From Nitrospirota bacterium (GTDB lineage Bacteria > Nitrospirota > UBA9217): a DNA stretch of 64,000 nucleotides. Shown here in pieces: positions 40,670 to 51,215 of this stretch (its first letter is position 1; each line of letters starts with the position of its first letter). Position numbers and translations under genes: made by a program. The notes under the pieces are model-generated. The model was not told where the DNA came from. It saw only the letters and a program-made list of their open reading frames with translations, and ran no database searches. The stretch spans positions 64,001-128,000 of the forward strand of contig CAWFSF010000006.1 of assembly GCA_963818475.1 (NCBI GenBank), read 5' to 3'.

Positions 40670-41635
40670 ATGGAAAACATATTAGTTACCGGCGGCGCAG
40701 GCTTTATCGGCAGCAATGTTGCGGAGGCGTTGCTTGTCCGGGGATTCCGGGTAGTGATCCTCGATGACCTCAGCACCGGAAAGATGGAAAACATTCTGAA
40801 CTTTGGACAGCAGGGAAACTTTAAGTTTGTAAAAGGAAGCATTCTTGACAGCGGCCTGCTGGCGTCGATACTGGAGTCTGAAAAAATATCGTACATATCC
40901 CATCAGGCAGCGCTATCGAGTGTTTCGAAAAGCATTGCGGACCCCGTTAAAACCATGGAAACAAATGTTGCGGGAACTGCGAATCTATTCCATGTAGCAT
41001 CTGCCTGTGGATGCAAGCGCATCGTGTATGCGAGCTCGTCATCGATCTATGGAGATACCCCCGACCTTCCGAAGCGGGAAACCATGCCGATCTGCCCGCA
41101 ATCCCCCTACGCCATGTCGAAGGCGGCGAACGAACTGCTCGGCAGTGTTTATTCGCATCTGTCCGGCATCGAGATCGTCGGACTCCGCTATTTTAATGTC
41201 TATGGCAGGAGACAGGACCCTGGCTCCGACTACGCTGCGGTGATACCGAAATTCATAAATAAAGCGCTGGCTGACGAGCCCATTCCCATCGAAGGCGACG
41301 GTTGCCAAACGCGCGACTTTATTTACATCGATGACGTGGTAAAAGCGAATATAAGAGCGCTTACGGGGTCGTCGAATCATGGTGCTGTATTCAACATTGC
41401 ATACGGGGTGCAGACGAGCATCATCGAATTGGCCTCCCTTATCCTTGATCTTACCGACTCTGATTCTGAAGTGGTGTTCAAACCGGCACGGAACGGTGAT
41501 GTGCGCGACTCCGTCGGTGACATTGAGCATGCAGCGAAAGAGCTCGGCTACAGCAGAGAATATGACATTAAAAAAGGGCTCGCAGAGACCATTGCGTGGT
41601 TCCGGGATCATTCAGCGCGCCGTTGTGCGGCATAG
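40670..41635 (+). CDS. NAD-dependent UDP-sugar 4-epimerase (WbpP/GalE-like SDR)
   Basis: TGGAGFIG, ASSSSIYG, YAMSK, LRYFNVYG. Confidence 0.9.
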   Translation: MENILVTGGAGFIGSNVAEALLVRGFRVVILDDLSTGKMENILNFGQQGNFKFVKGSILDSGLLASILESEKISYISHQAALSSVSKSIADPVKTMETNVAGTANLFHVASACGCKRIVYASSSSIYGDTPDLPKRETMPICPQSPYAMSKAANELLGSVYSHLSGIEIVGLRYFNVYGRRQDPGSDYAAVIPKFINKALADEPIPIEGDGCQTRDFIYIDDVVKANIRALTGSSNHGAVFNIAYGVQTSIIELASLILDLTDSDSEVVFKPARNGDVRDSVGDIEHAAKELGYSREYDIKKGLAETIAWFRDHSARRCAA

Positions 41636-41827
41636 CAGGCATCAACAACAGATGATCGGTTTCCTGCATGCCCGACACAGCGTCCTCCATTGTACCGATT
41701 CCGACATCGGGGAGGCTTTTCCTGATGTCATATGGCATACGGAGAAACCGGTCATCAAGATTTTCAGTCGCAAAGGCCCTTTCGTATAATAGTGCTTCAG
41801 AAACCCGAAGAAGAACCTTTTAGTACC

Positions 41828-41965
41828 TAACAGGTTGTTGAAAAAGGCGAAAGGTCACTAGCGTTGTCATTCTGAGCGCAACGAAGAATCGCGGTTTTAC
41901 AACAACTTCAGATCCTTCACTTCGTTCAGGATGACCCCTTAAAATACTTTTTCAACAGCCTGCTA
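41828..41965. mobile_element. MITE-like element, inverted copy of 14557-14691
   Basis: TAACAGGTTGTTGAAAAA..TGTCATTCTGAGCGCA..CTTCGTTCAGGATGAC..TTTTTCAACAGCCTGCTA. Confidence 0.75.
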
Positions 41966-42001
41966 AAGAATAAAATTCTTCTCAAAATGGCAAGAAAGTT
42001 T

Positions 42002-42092
42002 ACCACGAAGAACACGAAGCGCGCGAAGTTAAAATCAATATTTTGATTTTGTCTTTTTCAACTTTTTCATGATCTTCGTGCCCTTCGTGGTG
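42002..42092. repeat. Inverted nonamer palindromic element (ACCACGAAG family)
   Basis: accacgaagaacacgaag ... cttcgtgcccttcgtggt. Confidence 0.75.
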
Positions 42093-42202
42093 AAAAGACT
42101 TTTTGGCTCCGCCTTGAGAAGTTCTTGGTCCTGTCTGTGGTGGATTTTGAAATACGTGCACCTGCGCTGATGTACTTTCCGGCCAGGCCCGTATCGAGGG
42201 AC

Positions 42203-43795
42203 ATGATGCTTCACGCTTACTTATCGCAAAGGGCCTCTCAAACGCCGGATACCATATTCATCATTCAGGGAGAACGCCGCGTTACTTATGGGGCGCTCGA
42301 GGTGCAGGTGTCCCGCTTTTCCTCATTCCTGCTTTGCCTGGGGATGGAGAAAGGCGACCGGATCGGCATCATCAGCAGGAATTCTCCGGAATACATCGCA
42401 GCCTACCTCGGCATACAGCGCGCCGGATGCGTTGCCGTTGATGTCAATTACCAGAGCTCGATCCACGAGATCAAGACTATCGTCAATCATTGCGGCATCA
42501 AGATGGTGATCCTGGAAAACAGCTTCACCGGCGAATTTCCCGAGGCGCTCGGCGCCATGCCTTCGCTCCGCGCCGTTATCGGCATAGAGCGAAGGGCGCG
42601 GGGGTTCCAGTCCGTGCGCAGAAGGATCCCGCCCCACATTCACTACGCGGTCCTCGGAGACATTCTGTGCTCCGAGCAGGCGATAAAAACGCCTCCGGCC
42701 GTCACGGGGGAGAACCTGGCCGCTATTGTCTACACGTCGGGCACGTCCGGAAGACCAAAAGGCGTCATGCTGTCCCACGAGAACATCCTGGCCAATGCGC
42801 GATCGATCATAGAATATCTGCGGCTCAGTGAGAACGACCGGACCATGGTCGTGCTGCCCTTCTGTTATTGCTACGGGAAATCCCTCCTCACGACGCATTT
42901 GATGGCAGGCGGTTCGCTGGTCCTGGAAAACAGCTTTCTCTATCCGCAGACGGTGTTCAAAAAGATGATGGAAGAGCAGGTCACGGGTTTTGCCGGAGTG
43001 CCTTCGACTTTCGCCATCATGCTCGAGCGGTCGAATTTCCACGACTTCAGCTTTCCCGCCCTCCGGTACGTGACCCAGGCAGGGGGAGCGATGCCGCCTC
43101 GCCATGCGCAGGAGCTTGCCGGGCTTCTCCCGGGCGCCCAGATCTATATCATGTACGGGCAGACCGAAGCCACCGCGCGGCTCACCTATCTTGATCCCGA
43201 CGATCTCCTGGAACGGCCCGGCTCGATCGGGAAACCCGTGCCGGGCGTGGAGATCATGGTGGTGACGGAAGAGGGAAAAGCTGCGGCTGCAGGCCAGGAG
43301 GGGGAGATCATCGCCCGAGGGAAGAACATCATGGCCGGCTACTGGAACGATCCGGAAGAAACGAAAAAGGTCCTGAAGGAAGGCTGGCTGCATACCGGCG
43401 ATATCGGCACCATGGACAAGGATGGATACCTTACGATTGCCGGCCGGCGAAGCGACATGATCAAACGCGGGACCCACCGGATAAGCCCGAAGGAAATAGA
43501 GGAAGTGATCCACGAGATGGACCCGGTACGCGAGGCCAGTGTCATGGGAACGCACGATGCCATTCTCGGCGAAAAGATCCGGGCCGTGGTGGTCTTGAAA
43601 AGAGGATGTGTCATGGACGCTCAGGCGGTCCAGCGACACTGTCAGGCCAGACTTGCGCCGTTCAAGGTCCCGCAGGAAGTCCTGTTCGTGGATGCCTTGC
43701 CGAGAACGGCCAGCGGAAAGGTCTTGAGATCCGAGCTCAAAGGCAACCTGTTCGCCGGTATGCCCGGGAGCGTGCCGCCGATGGTGCAGCCGTGA
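42203..43795 (+). CDS. AMP-forming acyl-CoA ligase family protein (EPS/exosortase-associated type)
   Basis: YTSGTSGRPKG, YGQTE, TGD, PRTASGK. Confidence 0.9.
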   Translation: MMLHAYLSQRASQTPDTIFIIQGERRVTYGALEVQVSRFSSFLLCLGMEKGDRIGIISRNSPEYIAAYLGIQRAGCVAVDVNYQSSIHEIKTIVNHCGIKMVILENSFTGEFPEALGAMPSLRAVIGIERRARGFQSVRRRIPPHIHYAVLGDILCSEQAIKTPPAVTGENLAAIVYTSGTSGRPKGVMLSHENILANARSIIEYLRLSENDRTMVVLPFCYCYGKSLLTTHLMAGGSLVLENSFLYPQTVFKKMMEEQVTGFAGVPSTFAIMLERSNFHDFSFPALRYVTQAGGAMPPRHAQELAGLLPGAQIYIMYGQTEATARLTYLDPDDLLERPGSIGKPVPGVEIMVVTEEGKAAAAGQEGEIIARGKNIMAGYWNDPEETKKVLKEGWLHTGDIGTMDKDGYLTIAGRRSDMIKRGTHRISPKEIEEVIHEMDPVREASVMGTHDAILGEKIRAVVVLKRGCVMDAQAVQRHCQARLAPFKVPQEVLFVDALPRTASGKVLRSELKGNLFAGMPGSVPPMVQP

Positions 43796-43857
43796 GCGTA
43801 TGTTGGGACCCTGCGGTTAAATTCTAACATTACGCCGGAAGGCGGGGATAGGTGATC

Positions 43858-45006
43858 ATGAGGAAAATGGCGCTCAACAATGCCGAGGACGCACTGCTTT
43901 CTCACGGGGACCACACACCCGAACTGGTATATGGGTTCTCTGCGGCGGAGTATTTTCATCAGGCGTTGTATCTGGAACGGAAGCGGCGCGAGCGGTCGCA
44001 GCGGCCCCTGTATCTACTCCTGCTCGACGTCATGCGGATGACGGAAGAAGAGCAGAATGCGGCGATCAGTCCGATCGCCGCCCAACTCGTCTCCATGACG
44101 AGGGAGACCGATATCAAGGGCTGGTACAGCGAAGGCCGGGTCATCGGGGTGCTCTTTACAGAGATCAGCTCCATCGACAAACAGGAAATAGTGAAAAAGA
44201 TCACGAACGGCCTTGAGAGCAGTCTCACGGCGGACCAGATGGGGAAGATTACCATCTCCATCCATGAATTTCCCGAAAAAGGCGAGAAAGACCAGAGCGA
44301 CCCGCCGGATCCTGTTTTCTATCCTGAGGTGAAGAAGAAATACGGTGCGCACACGGGGCCGTTCCTCTTCAAGCGGGCCATCGATATCTGCGGGAGCATC
44401 GTCGGGTTGATCCTCTTTTTACCGTTGTTCCTGGCAATCGCGTTTCTCGTGAAGCTCACGTCCCCGGGCCCGGTCCTCTTCCGTCAGGAACGCGTGGGAT
44501 TGTATGGAACGAAATTCACGTTTCTCAAGTTCAGAACGATGCAGGTGAACAACGATCCGCGCGTGCATGAGGAGTACGTGAAAAAACTCATCGCAGGGAC
44601 GGTTGACGGCGGCAGCAACGACGGCAACGGCGGAGGCGGCGGAAAGCCTGTGTTCAAGATCACGAACGACAAACGGGTCACGCAGGTCGGCCGCATTCTT
44701 CGCAAGACCAGTCTGGACGAACTGCCGCAGTTCATCAACGTGCTGCTTGGGGACATGTCGTTGGTCGGCCCCCGGCCGCCGATCCCGTATGAAGTGCGGA
44801 ATTACGACATCTGGCACCGCTGCAGGGTCGTCGAGGTCAAGCCCGGCATAACCGGGCTCTGGCAGGTCATGGGACGCAGCACTACGAGCTTCGACGAGAT
44901 GGTGCGGCTGGACATCAGGTATTCACGGGAATGGAGCATCTGGCTGGATCTCAAGATCCTGGCGATGACGCCGTGGGCGGTGTTCAAAGGCAAAGGCGCG
45001 TACTGA
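43858..45006 (+). CDS. Priming sugar transferase (Bac_transf) with N-terminal degenerate GGDEF-like domain
   Basis: KRAID, KFRTM, LRKTSLDELPQ, MSLVGPRP, KPGITGLWQV; N-terminal ERKR.ERSQRPL.LLLLD..RETD. Confidence 0.88.
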   Translation: MRKMALNNAEDALLSHGDHTPELVYGFSAAEYFHQALYLERKRRERSQRPLYLLLLDVMRMTEEEQNAAISPIAAQLVSMTRETDIKGWYSEGRVIGVLFTEISSIDKQEIVKKITNGLESSLTADQMGKITISIHEFPEKGEKDQSDPPDPVFYPEVKKKYGAHTGPFLFKRAIDICGSIVGLILFLPLFLAIAFLVKLTSPGPVLFRQERVGLYGTKFTFLKFRTMQVNNDPRVHEEYVKKLIAGTVDGGSNDGNGGGGGKPVFKITNDKRVTQVGRILRKTSLDELPQFINVLLGDMSLVGPRPPIPYEVRNYDIWHRCRVVEVKPGITGLWQVMGRSTTSFDEMVRLDIRYSREWSIWLDLKILAMTPWAVFKGKGAY

Positions 45007-45024
45007 CGCGGACGAAAAAGCGAG

Positions 45025-46035
45025 GTGGAGGACATGCTCAACATCGGGGTCATCGGATACGGGTATTGGGGGCCGAACATCGTGAGGAACTTCAGCGCCC
45101 TTGACGGGGCAACCGTGGAGTGCATCTGCGACGGCAATGCCCAGTCGCTGGACCGCGCCCGCAAGGCCTATCCGCAGATATGTTTGACCCAGGACTGCGG
45201 CGAGGTCCTCAATGCGACGAACATCGATGCCGTGGCGGTCATTACGCCGGTCTCGACCCACTACGAGCTGGCAAAACGCGCGCTCCTGAACGGGAAGCAT
45301 GTCTTTGTCGAGAAGCCGTTCACGGCTACGGTCGCCCAGGCGGAAGAGCTTATCGAGATCGCGGAGCGCAGGAAGCTCATCATTATGGTTGACCATACGT
45401 TCATCTTCACCGGGGCCGTGCGCACGATCAAGCGACTGGTCCAGGAAAAAGCGCTCGGCGACCTGTACTACTATGATTCAGTCCGCGTGAACCTGGGTTT
45501 GTTCCAGCGCGATGTGAATGTCATCTGGGACCTCGCGCCCCACGATTTTGCGGTCATGGACTATTTGATCGACGAAAAACCGGCGTCCGTGACAGCCTGC
45601 GGAAAGGCCCACGTCAACGGTTTGGAGGATACCGCCTATATAACGGCGCATTTCAGCAACAACATGATCGCCCATTTCAATGTCAACTGGCTTTCTCCGG
45701 TCAAAGTGAGAACGACCCTGATCGGCGGTGAAAAAAAGATGCTGGTCTGGAACGACCTGGAGGCGGATGAGAAAATCAAGATCTACGACAAGGGTGTGGA
45801 GATCAAGAACCGCGAGAGCGATTACAAGCTGCGCGTCAGCTACCGGTCGGGTGACATGTATGCTCCGAAGGTGGAGCATATCGAAGCACTGAAGCGTGAG
45901 GCCGAGTATTTTCTGTCCTGCGTAACAACGGGCGAACGCCCGGATAATGACGGCCAGGCGGGGCTGCGGGTGGTGAAACTGCTTGACGCCTGCAGCCAGT
46001 CTGTGAGGCAGGAAGGGAAAGCGATAGCCGTATGA
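45025..46035 (+). CDS. Gfo/Idh/MocA oxidoreductase (WbpB-like)
   Basis: GYGYWG, HVFVEKP, WDLAPHD. Confidence 0.88.
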   Translation: MEDMLNIGVIGYGYWGPNIVRNFSALDGATVECICDGNAQSLDRARKAYPQICLTQDCGEVLNATNIDAVAVITPVSTHYELAKRALLNGKHVFVEKPFTATVAQAEELIEIAERRKLIIMVDHTFIFTGAVRTIKRLVQEKALGDLYYYDSVRVNLGLFQRDVNVIWDLAPHDFAVMDYLIDEKPASVTACGKAHVNGLEDTAYITAHFSNNMIAHFNVNWLSPVKVRTTLIGGEKKMLVWNDLEADEKIKIYDKGVEIKNRESDYKLRVSYRSGDMYAPKVEHIEALKREAEYFLSCVTTGERPDNDGQAGLRVVKLLDACSQSVRQEGKAIAV

Positions 46036-46511
46036 CCTATCTCTGCATCGCCGACGATGTGAAGCTCGGCGCGAACGTCAAACTGGCGCAGTTCATCAAT
46101 CTCTACGGATGCACGATCGGAGACAACACGCGGATCGGTACGTTCGTGGAAGTGCAGAAGAACGCGTTCATCGGCAGGAACTGCAAGATACAGAGCCACA
46201 CGTTCATCTGCGAAGGCGTGACCATCGAGGACGATGTGTTTGTCGGGCACGGGGTGACGTTCGTGAATGACAAGTATCCGAGGGCGACCAATGGCGGCGG
46301 CGCTTTGCAAAATGAAGCGGACTGGAAGGTCCTGCCGACGATCGTGAAGCGAGGCGCTTCCATCGGGTCGGGGACGACCATACTCGGCAACGTGACGATC
46401 GGGGAAAAGGCAATCGTCGGATCGGGAAGCGTGGTAACCAGGGATGTGCCTCCCGGCACTATCGTCGCGGGAAACCCTGCGAGCGTCTTAAGGAGGATCA
46501 ACCATGAATAG
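46032..46511 (+). CDS. Hexapeptide-repeat N-acetyltransferase (WbpD-like)
   Basis: Hexapeptide repeats, FVNDKYPRA, VAGNPA. Confidence 0.88.
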   Translation: MTYLCIADDVKLGANVKLAQFINLYGCTIGDNTRIGTFVEVQKNAFIGRNCKIQSHTFICEGVTIEDDVFVGHGVTFVNDKYPRATNGGGALQNEADWKVLPTIVKRGASIGSGTTILGNVTIGEKAIVGSGSVVTRDVPPGTIVAGNPASVLRRINHE

Positions 46512-47712
46512 TCAGGTGCCATTTCTGGATCTTGTTGCACCGCACATCGAGGAAGAGGCGGCATTCATCGAGGTGCTGCGGGGCTCCCTGCGGACAGGAA
46601 GGTTTATCGGCGGACCTCTCGTGGAAGGCTTTGAAGAGCAGTTCGCGGCATTTTGCAATACCAAATACTGTGTCGGCGTCGGAAGCGGCACTGATGCGCT
46701 CCGCTTTGCATTGATCGCTGCGGGAGTCAGGGCGCAGGACATCGTGATCACCGTCCCGAACACCTTTATTGCCACGACCGAAGCGATCTCCCAGGCGGGA
46801 GCCGTTCCGGTGTTCGTCGATATCGACCCAAGGACGTATAACATGGACCCGGAACGGTTGCGGGAGTTCCTGGCCGTGCAGTGCGAAACCGCGCGGGAGA
46901 CCGGAGAGACCACCCACCGAACAACCGGACGCAGGGTTTCCTGCGTCATACCCGTGCACCTTTACGGACAAGCCGCGGACATGGACAGCCTCCGGAAGAT
47001 CGCGGAAGACCACCGTCTGATCCTTATCGAGGACGCGTGCCAGGCCCATGGCGCTGAATATTACTCGAAACAAGAGGGACGGTGGCTGAAAGCGGGCAGC
47101 ATGAGCGCCGCGGGCGCGTTCAGCTTTTACCCGGGAAAGAATCTTGGCGCCTGCGGAGAAGCGGGGGCGCTCACCACGAACGACGAAAAGATCGCCAACA
47201 CGGCAAGGATGCTGCGGGACCATGGTCAGGCGCAAAAATATATCCATGATCTGGAAGGATATAACGGAAGGCTCGATGCGATCCAGGCGGGATTTCTTCA
47301 GGTCAAGATGAAACGGCTGTCCGGCTGGAACGAGAGCCGCAGAAAGCACGCCGGGCGCTATGCATTTCTGCTGCGGGACCTTGATGGCGTTACGCTGCCC
47401 TTTGAGCCGGAGTGGAGCAAAGGCGTCTACCATCTCTATGTCATCAGGACGAAGGACCGGAATGCGCTGCAGAAGTTTCTGCTGGAGCGGAACATCAGCA
47501 CTGCGCTTCACTATCCGATACCGCTGCACCAGCAGAAGGCCTATCAGGGATCTGAGTGCAGCCTTGGCGTTTTTCCCGAAGCCGAGGCCGCGGCCCGGGA
47601 AATCCTGTCCCTCCCCATGTTCCCAACGCTGACCGAACAGCAGCAGGACCGCGTCGCCGCCGGAATACGGGAATTCTCCTGCCGGCGCCTCGGCGTTACC
47701 GCTGCGGCGTAG
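46504..47712 (+). CDS. DegT/DnrJ/EryC1/StrS aminotransferase (WbpE-like)
   Basis: SGTDAL, VHLYGQ, EDACQAHG, SFYPGKNLG. Confidence 0.9.
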   Translation: MNSQVPFLDLVAPHIEEEAAFIEVLRGSLRTGRFIGGPLVEGFEEQFAAFCNTKYCVGVGSGTDALRFALIAAGVRAQDIVITVPNTFIATTEAISQAGAVPVFVDIDPRTYNMDPERLREFLAVQCETARETGETTHRTTGRRVSCVIPVHLYGQAADMDSLRKIAEDHRLILIEDACQAHGAEYYSKQEGRWLKAGSMSAAGAFSFYPGKNLGACGEAGALTTNDEKIANTARMLRDHGQAQKYIHDLEGYNGRLDAIQAGFLQVKMKRLSGWNESRRKHAGRYAFLLRDLDGVTLPFEPEWSKGVYHLYVIRTKDRNALQKFLLERNISTALHYPIPLHQQKAYQGSECSLGVFPEAEAAAREILSLPMFPTLTEQQQDRVAAGIREFSCRRLGVTAAA

Positions 47713-47855
47713 TACCGGCGTAATCCCTCGCGGTGGCGGTCTGCGACGTGCGAGTACGATGGGATCCATGATGAGCGAACGATTCCGCTGCGACATCATC
47801 CAGGGGTCGGAACAACAAGTGAAGTTTCTGTTACGGAGCAGGGCGGAGACGACAA

Positions 47856-49064
47856 ATGATTAAACCCTTTGAAAAACCGATCTATGTGACCAAACCGTTC
47901 CTGCCTCCCTTAGACGAGTTCTGCAAGGGCCTCGAAGAGATTTGGGAAAGCCGATGGCTGACCAATAACGGGCCGATTCTCCGGCGATTTACCCGTGAAC
48001 TGTGTAATGCCATGGAAACCGAGAATACCTGCCTCTTCAATAATGGTACGCTCGCCCTGCAGATAGCCCTGCAGGGCATGGGGATATCCGGCGAAGTCAT
48101 TACGACTCCCTACACATTCGTGGCAACGACCCACTCCCTGTTCTGGAACAAGATCCGGCCCGTTTTTGTCGATATCGAACCGGAATACTATACGATCGAT
48201 CCCGACAAGGTCGAGGCCGCGATCACTCCCTGGACGACCGCAATCCTGGCGGTCCATGTATACGGCCATCCTTGCAAGCTGGACCAGCTGGCCGACATCG
48301 CGCGCAGGCACAATATCAGGCTTATTTATGATGCGGCCCACGCCTTTGGCGTAAAAGTGGGCAACAGGCCGATCTCCCACTTCGGCGACCTGAGCATGTT
48401 CAGTTTCCATTCGACGAAACTGTTCCATTCCATTGAAGGAGGCATGCTCGTGTTTCGTGAAGCAGGATTAAAAGGCCTGTTTGATTATCTCAAAAACTTT
48501 GGGATCAAGAACGAGGTTGAAGTGGTCATGCCCGGCACCAACGCAAAAATGAACGAAATGCAGGCACTGATGGGCCTTCATGTTCTTAAATATCTCGACA
48601 GCGCCATTCAAAAGCGGGAAAAGATCACCGCTGTCTATCGCAGCAGGCTCAGGGAAATTCCGGGCATTCGCCTTGCTCCGCCCCTGTCCGGCGACATCCG
48701 GTACAACTACGCGTACATGCCGATCGAAGTGGATGAAAAGGAGTTCGGTATGAGCCGCGATGCGCTGTATGAAAAAATGAAGGAATGGAACGTGTATTCG
48801 CGTCGCTACTTCTATCCCCTGATCTGCGATTACCAGTGTTATCGCAGCATTCCGGTGAACGGTTCCTTGCCTGTCGCGCGTCGAGTGGCCGACCGCATAT
48901 TGACACTCCCGATTTATGACAGTCTTGAACTGTCTGATGTCGAGACCATCTGCGATATCATCATATTTCTTCATACGAGAAGCAGGTCTTTTCCGGAAAG
49001 AGCGTGGGCTCGGAGCGAGTCGGACGCGCTGGTGTCCAAGTGGCCCGACGCAAGAGTCGGATGA
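47856..49064 (+). CDS. DegT family aminotransferase (VioA-like, dTDP-4-amino-4,6-dideoxyglucose)
   Basis: IYVTKP.LP, WLTNNGP, NGTLAL, YDAAHAFG, SFHSTK, NAKMNE, RRYFYP. Confidence 0.88.
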   Translation: MIKPFEKPIYVTKPFLPPLDEFCKGLEEIWESRWLTNNGPILRRFTRELCNAMETENTCLFNNGTLALQIALQGMGISGEVITTPYTFVATTHSLFWNKIRPVFVDIEPEYYTIDPDKVEAAITPWTTAILAVHVYGHPCKLDQLADIARRHNIRLIYDAAHAFGVKVGNRPISHFGDLSMFSFHSTKLFHSIEGGMLVFREAGLKGLFDYLKNFGIKNEVEVVMPGTNAKMNEMQALMGLHVLKYLDSAIQKREKITAVYRSRLREIPGIRLAPPLSGDIRYNYAYMPIEVDEKEFGMSRDALYEKMKEWNVYSRRYFYPLICDYQCYRSIPVNGSLPVARRVADRILTLPIYDSLELSDVETICDIIIFLHTRSRSFPERAWARSESDALVSKWPDARVG

Positions 49065-49230
49065 ACCTTAAAAAAGCACTTGGACACGGATAAACACGGA
49101 TAAGAGCCGGATAACGGCGGATTATTTCTTTATAAGAGGTTCACCCAATAGGTGAATGTTTTGCTTTAGAATTTATCCGCGTTAATCAGATGTTTCCGAT
49201 TCTTCCGTGTCCAAATGCCGTTTTTAGGAT
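49064..49230. mobile_element. ~167-bp MITE-like palindromic element (copy 2)
   Basis: Near-identical to 36311-36477. Confidence 0.75.
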
Positions 49231-49280
49231 GAAGAAGTTTTCTCTGCAAGGGGAACGGGGAGCAGCGAGCGGGGGCGAAA

Positions 49281-49952
49281 ATGAAGAAGGTAGTCGTATT
49301 TGGGAACGGCAGATGGGCTGAGCTGATGTATTGCTATCTTACGCAGGATTCCTCCTTCGAACTTGCCGGTTTTACGGTCGACCCTCAATATATCAGGGAA
49401 AATACGCTATTCGGATTACCCGTTGTGCCCTTCGACCAGGTCGAAGTGGTCTTCCCCCCGACGGAGTACTCAATGCTTGTCGCTCTCAGCTATCAGAGGA
49501 TTAACCGGCTGAGGGAAGAGAAGTACTTTCAGGCCAAGTCCAAGGGATATGATCTGATCAGCTATGTCTCTTCAAAGACGACGACGTGGCCCGACCTGGT
49601 TATCGGTGACAACTGCCTCGTGTCGGAGAATTCCAGCCTCAACCCGTTTGTCAAGATCGGGAACAATGTCACCATCGGCGCGTGCGTCCTGATCGGTCAT
49701 CATTCGGTGATAGGGGACCATTGCTTCATCTCTTCCGGCACCGTGATTCTTGGCAGTGTCACCGTTGGACCATATTGCCTGCTGGGGCCGAATTCTACAG
49801 TCAAGGAAAAAGTCACGGTCGCCAGAGATTGCATCATCGGCTGCGGAGTTACCATCACAAAAGATACCCGGGAAAAGGGAGTGTATGTCGGGCGATCCCC
49901 CGAACTCCTGACGAAACCGAGTGATGCGTTGAAAGCGTGGCTCACGTGGTGA
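49281..49952 (+). CDS. Sugar acyltransferase (NeuD/PglD/VioB-like hexapeptide repeat)
   Basis: N-terminal Rossmann-like VVFG.G plus IGDNC/IGNNV/IGDHC hexapeptides. Confidence 0.85.
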   Translation: MKKVVVFGNGRWAELMYCYLTQDSSFELAGFTVDPQYIRENTLFGLPVVPFDQVEVVFPPTEYSMLVALSYQRINRLREEKYFQAKSKGYDLISYVSSKTTTWPDLVIGDNCLVSENSSLNPFVKIGNNVTIGACVLIGHHSVIGDHCFISSGTVILGSVTVGPYCLLGPNSTVKEKVTVARDCIIGCGVTITKDTREKGVYVGRSPELLTKPSDALKAWLTW

Positions 49953-49989
49953 GCCTGCACATCGTGCTCGAAGAAAAAGGAGAGGGATA

Positions 49990-51147
49990 ATGCCTGCGGA
50001 GTCCTCGGTGGAAGAACGGTTGATCGTAGCCGTGGTGAAAGATTTTGCATCGAAGCGTTTGTCGCTGGTCAGTCAAGATGCAGATGCTCTGGGGACATGG
50101 CCTAAAGAAACGGTGAAGGAAATGGCTCGCCTGGGATTGTTCGGGGCCATCATCCCTCAGGCATATGGCGGGTCCTTCAGCAGCTATCACCTGTACTACA
50201 GGATAATTAACGAAATAGCCAAAGTATGCGCTTCGCATGCACTTATCCTGCTGTCTCATTCCTTCTGTTCCCATGTCATCGCCGCCTTTGGCACGAGTGA
50301 TCAAAAAGAAAAGTTGTTGCCGAAAATGGCAACGGGGGCATATCTCGGCGCGGTTGCGATGACTGAACCCGATTCGGGCTCGGATCTCGCATCGGTCCGG
50401 ACAAGCGCCACGCCCTGTCAGGAAGGGTTTCTCCTGAAGGGTCATAAACAATTTATTACAAACGGCGGCAACGCTGACGTGATCGTGGTTCTCGCATCCA
50501 CCCTTTCCAAAAACCCTCTCTTCAATAAGAGTTTGATCATAGTTGAGAAACCTCTTGCGGGCTGCACGACGGGAATGAGCGAGAGCAAGATGGGTTTTCG
50601 CGCAGTGGATACTACTGAATTATTCTTTGACGATGTGATCGTAAAAAAAGAGGCGCTCCTCGGCAAGGAAGGACAGGGCCTGCTCCTGATTATGAAGGGC
50701 CTTAATTGTTCCCGATTGGCCAGCGCGGCGCTAGCTCTCGGGATTGCCCAGTCGGCGCATGGGGAAGGGGCGCGCTATGCCAGACAGCGCAAACAATTCG
50801 GGAAACCGATCTCCGAATTTCAGGCGATTCAGCAATACCTGGCGGACAATGAAACTGAATTGGAATGCGCGCAGCTCTTGTTGAATAATGCCGCGATCAA
50901 ACAGGATCGTGGAGAGAATACGGAAGCATATTCCGCAATGACCAAGTATTACTGCTCGGAAACCGCGCTCCGCGTTGTGACACGGGCAATGCAGATTCAT
51001 GGCGCCTATGGCTACATCAAGAGGCTCCCCATTGAGAGACACTATCGGGATGTGAGGCTCTGTACGATCATCGAGGGGACCAGTGAGGTCTTGCGCCCCC
51101 TCATTGCGAAGCATGCCTGTGGAAGTATCGCGACAGGTCTTTCATGA
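49990..51147 (+). CDS. Acyl-CoA dehydrogenase family protein
   Basis: MTEPDSGSD, KQFITNG, RKQFGKPI..FQ, QIHGAYGY, IIEGTSE. Confidence 0.92.
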   Translation: MPAESSVEERLIVAVVKDFASKRLSLVSQDADALGTWPKETVKEMARLGLFGAIIPQAYGGSFSSYHLYYRIINEIAKVCASHALILLSHSFCSHVIAAFGTSDQKEKLLPKMATGAYLGAVAMTEPDSGSDLASVRTSATPCQEGFLLKGHKQFITNGGNADVIVVLASTLSKNPLFNKSLIIVEKPLAGCTTGMSESKMGFRAVDTTELFFDDVIVKKEALLGKEGQGLLLIMKGLNCSRLASAALALGIAQSAHGEGARYARQRKQFGKPISEFQAIQQYLADNETELECAQLLLNNAAIKQDRGENTEAYSAMTKYYCSETALRVVTRAMQIHGAYGYIKRLPIERHYRDVRLCTIIEGTSEVLRPLIAKHACGSIATGLS

Positions 51148-51215
51148 ATGCGGACCATCACCTGCACTGAAGATACCGAGCGCTGAAGAGCAGCCGTTTT
51201 ATCAACGAGGCATAC

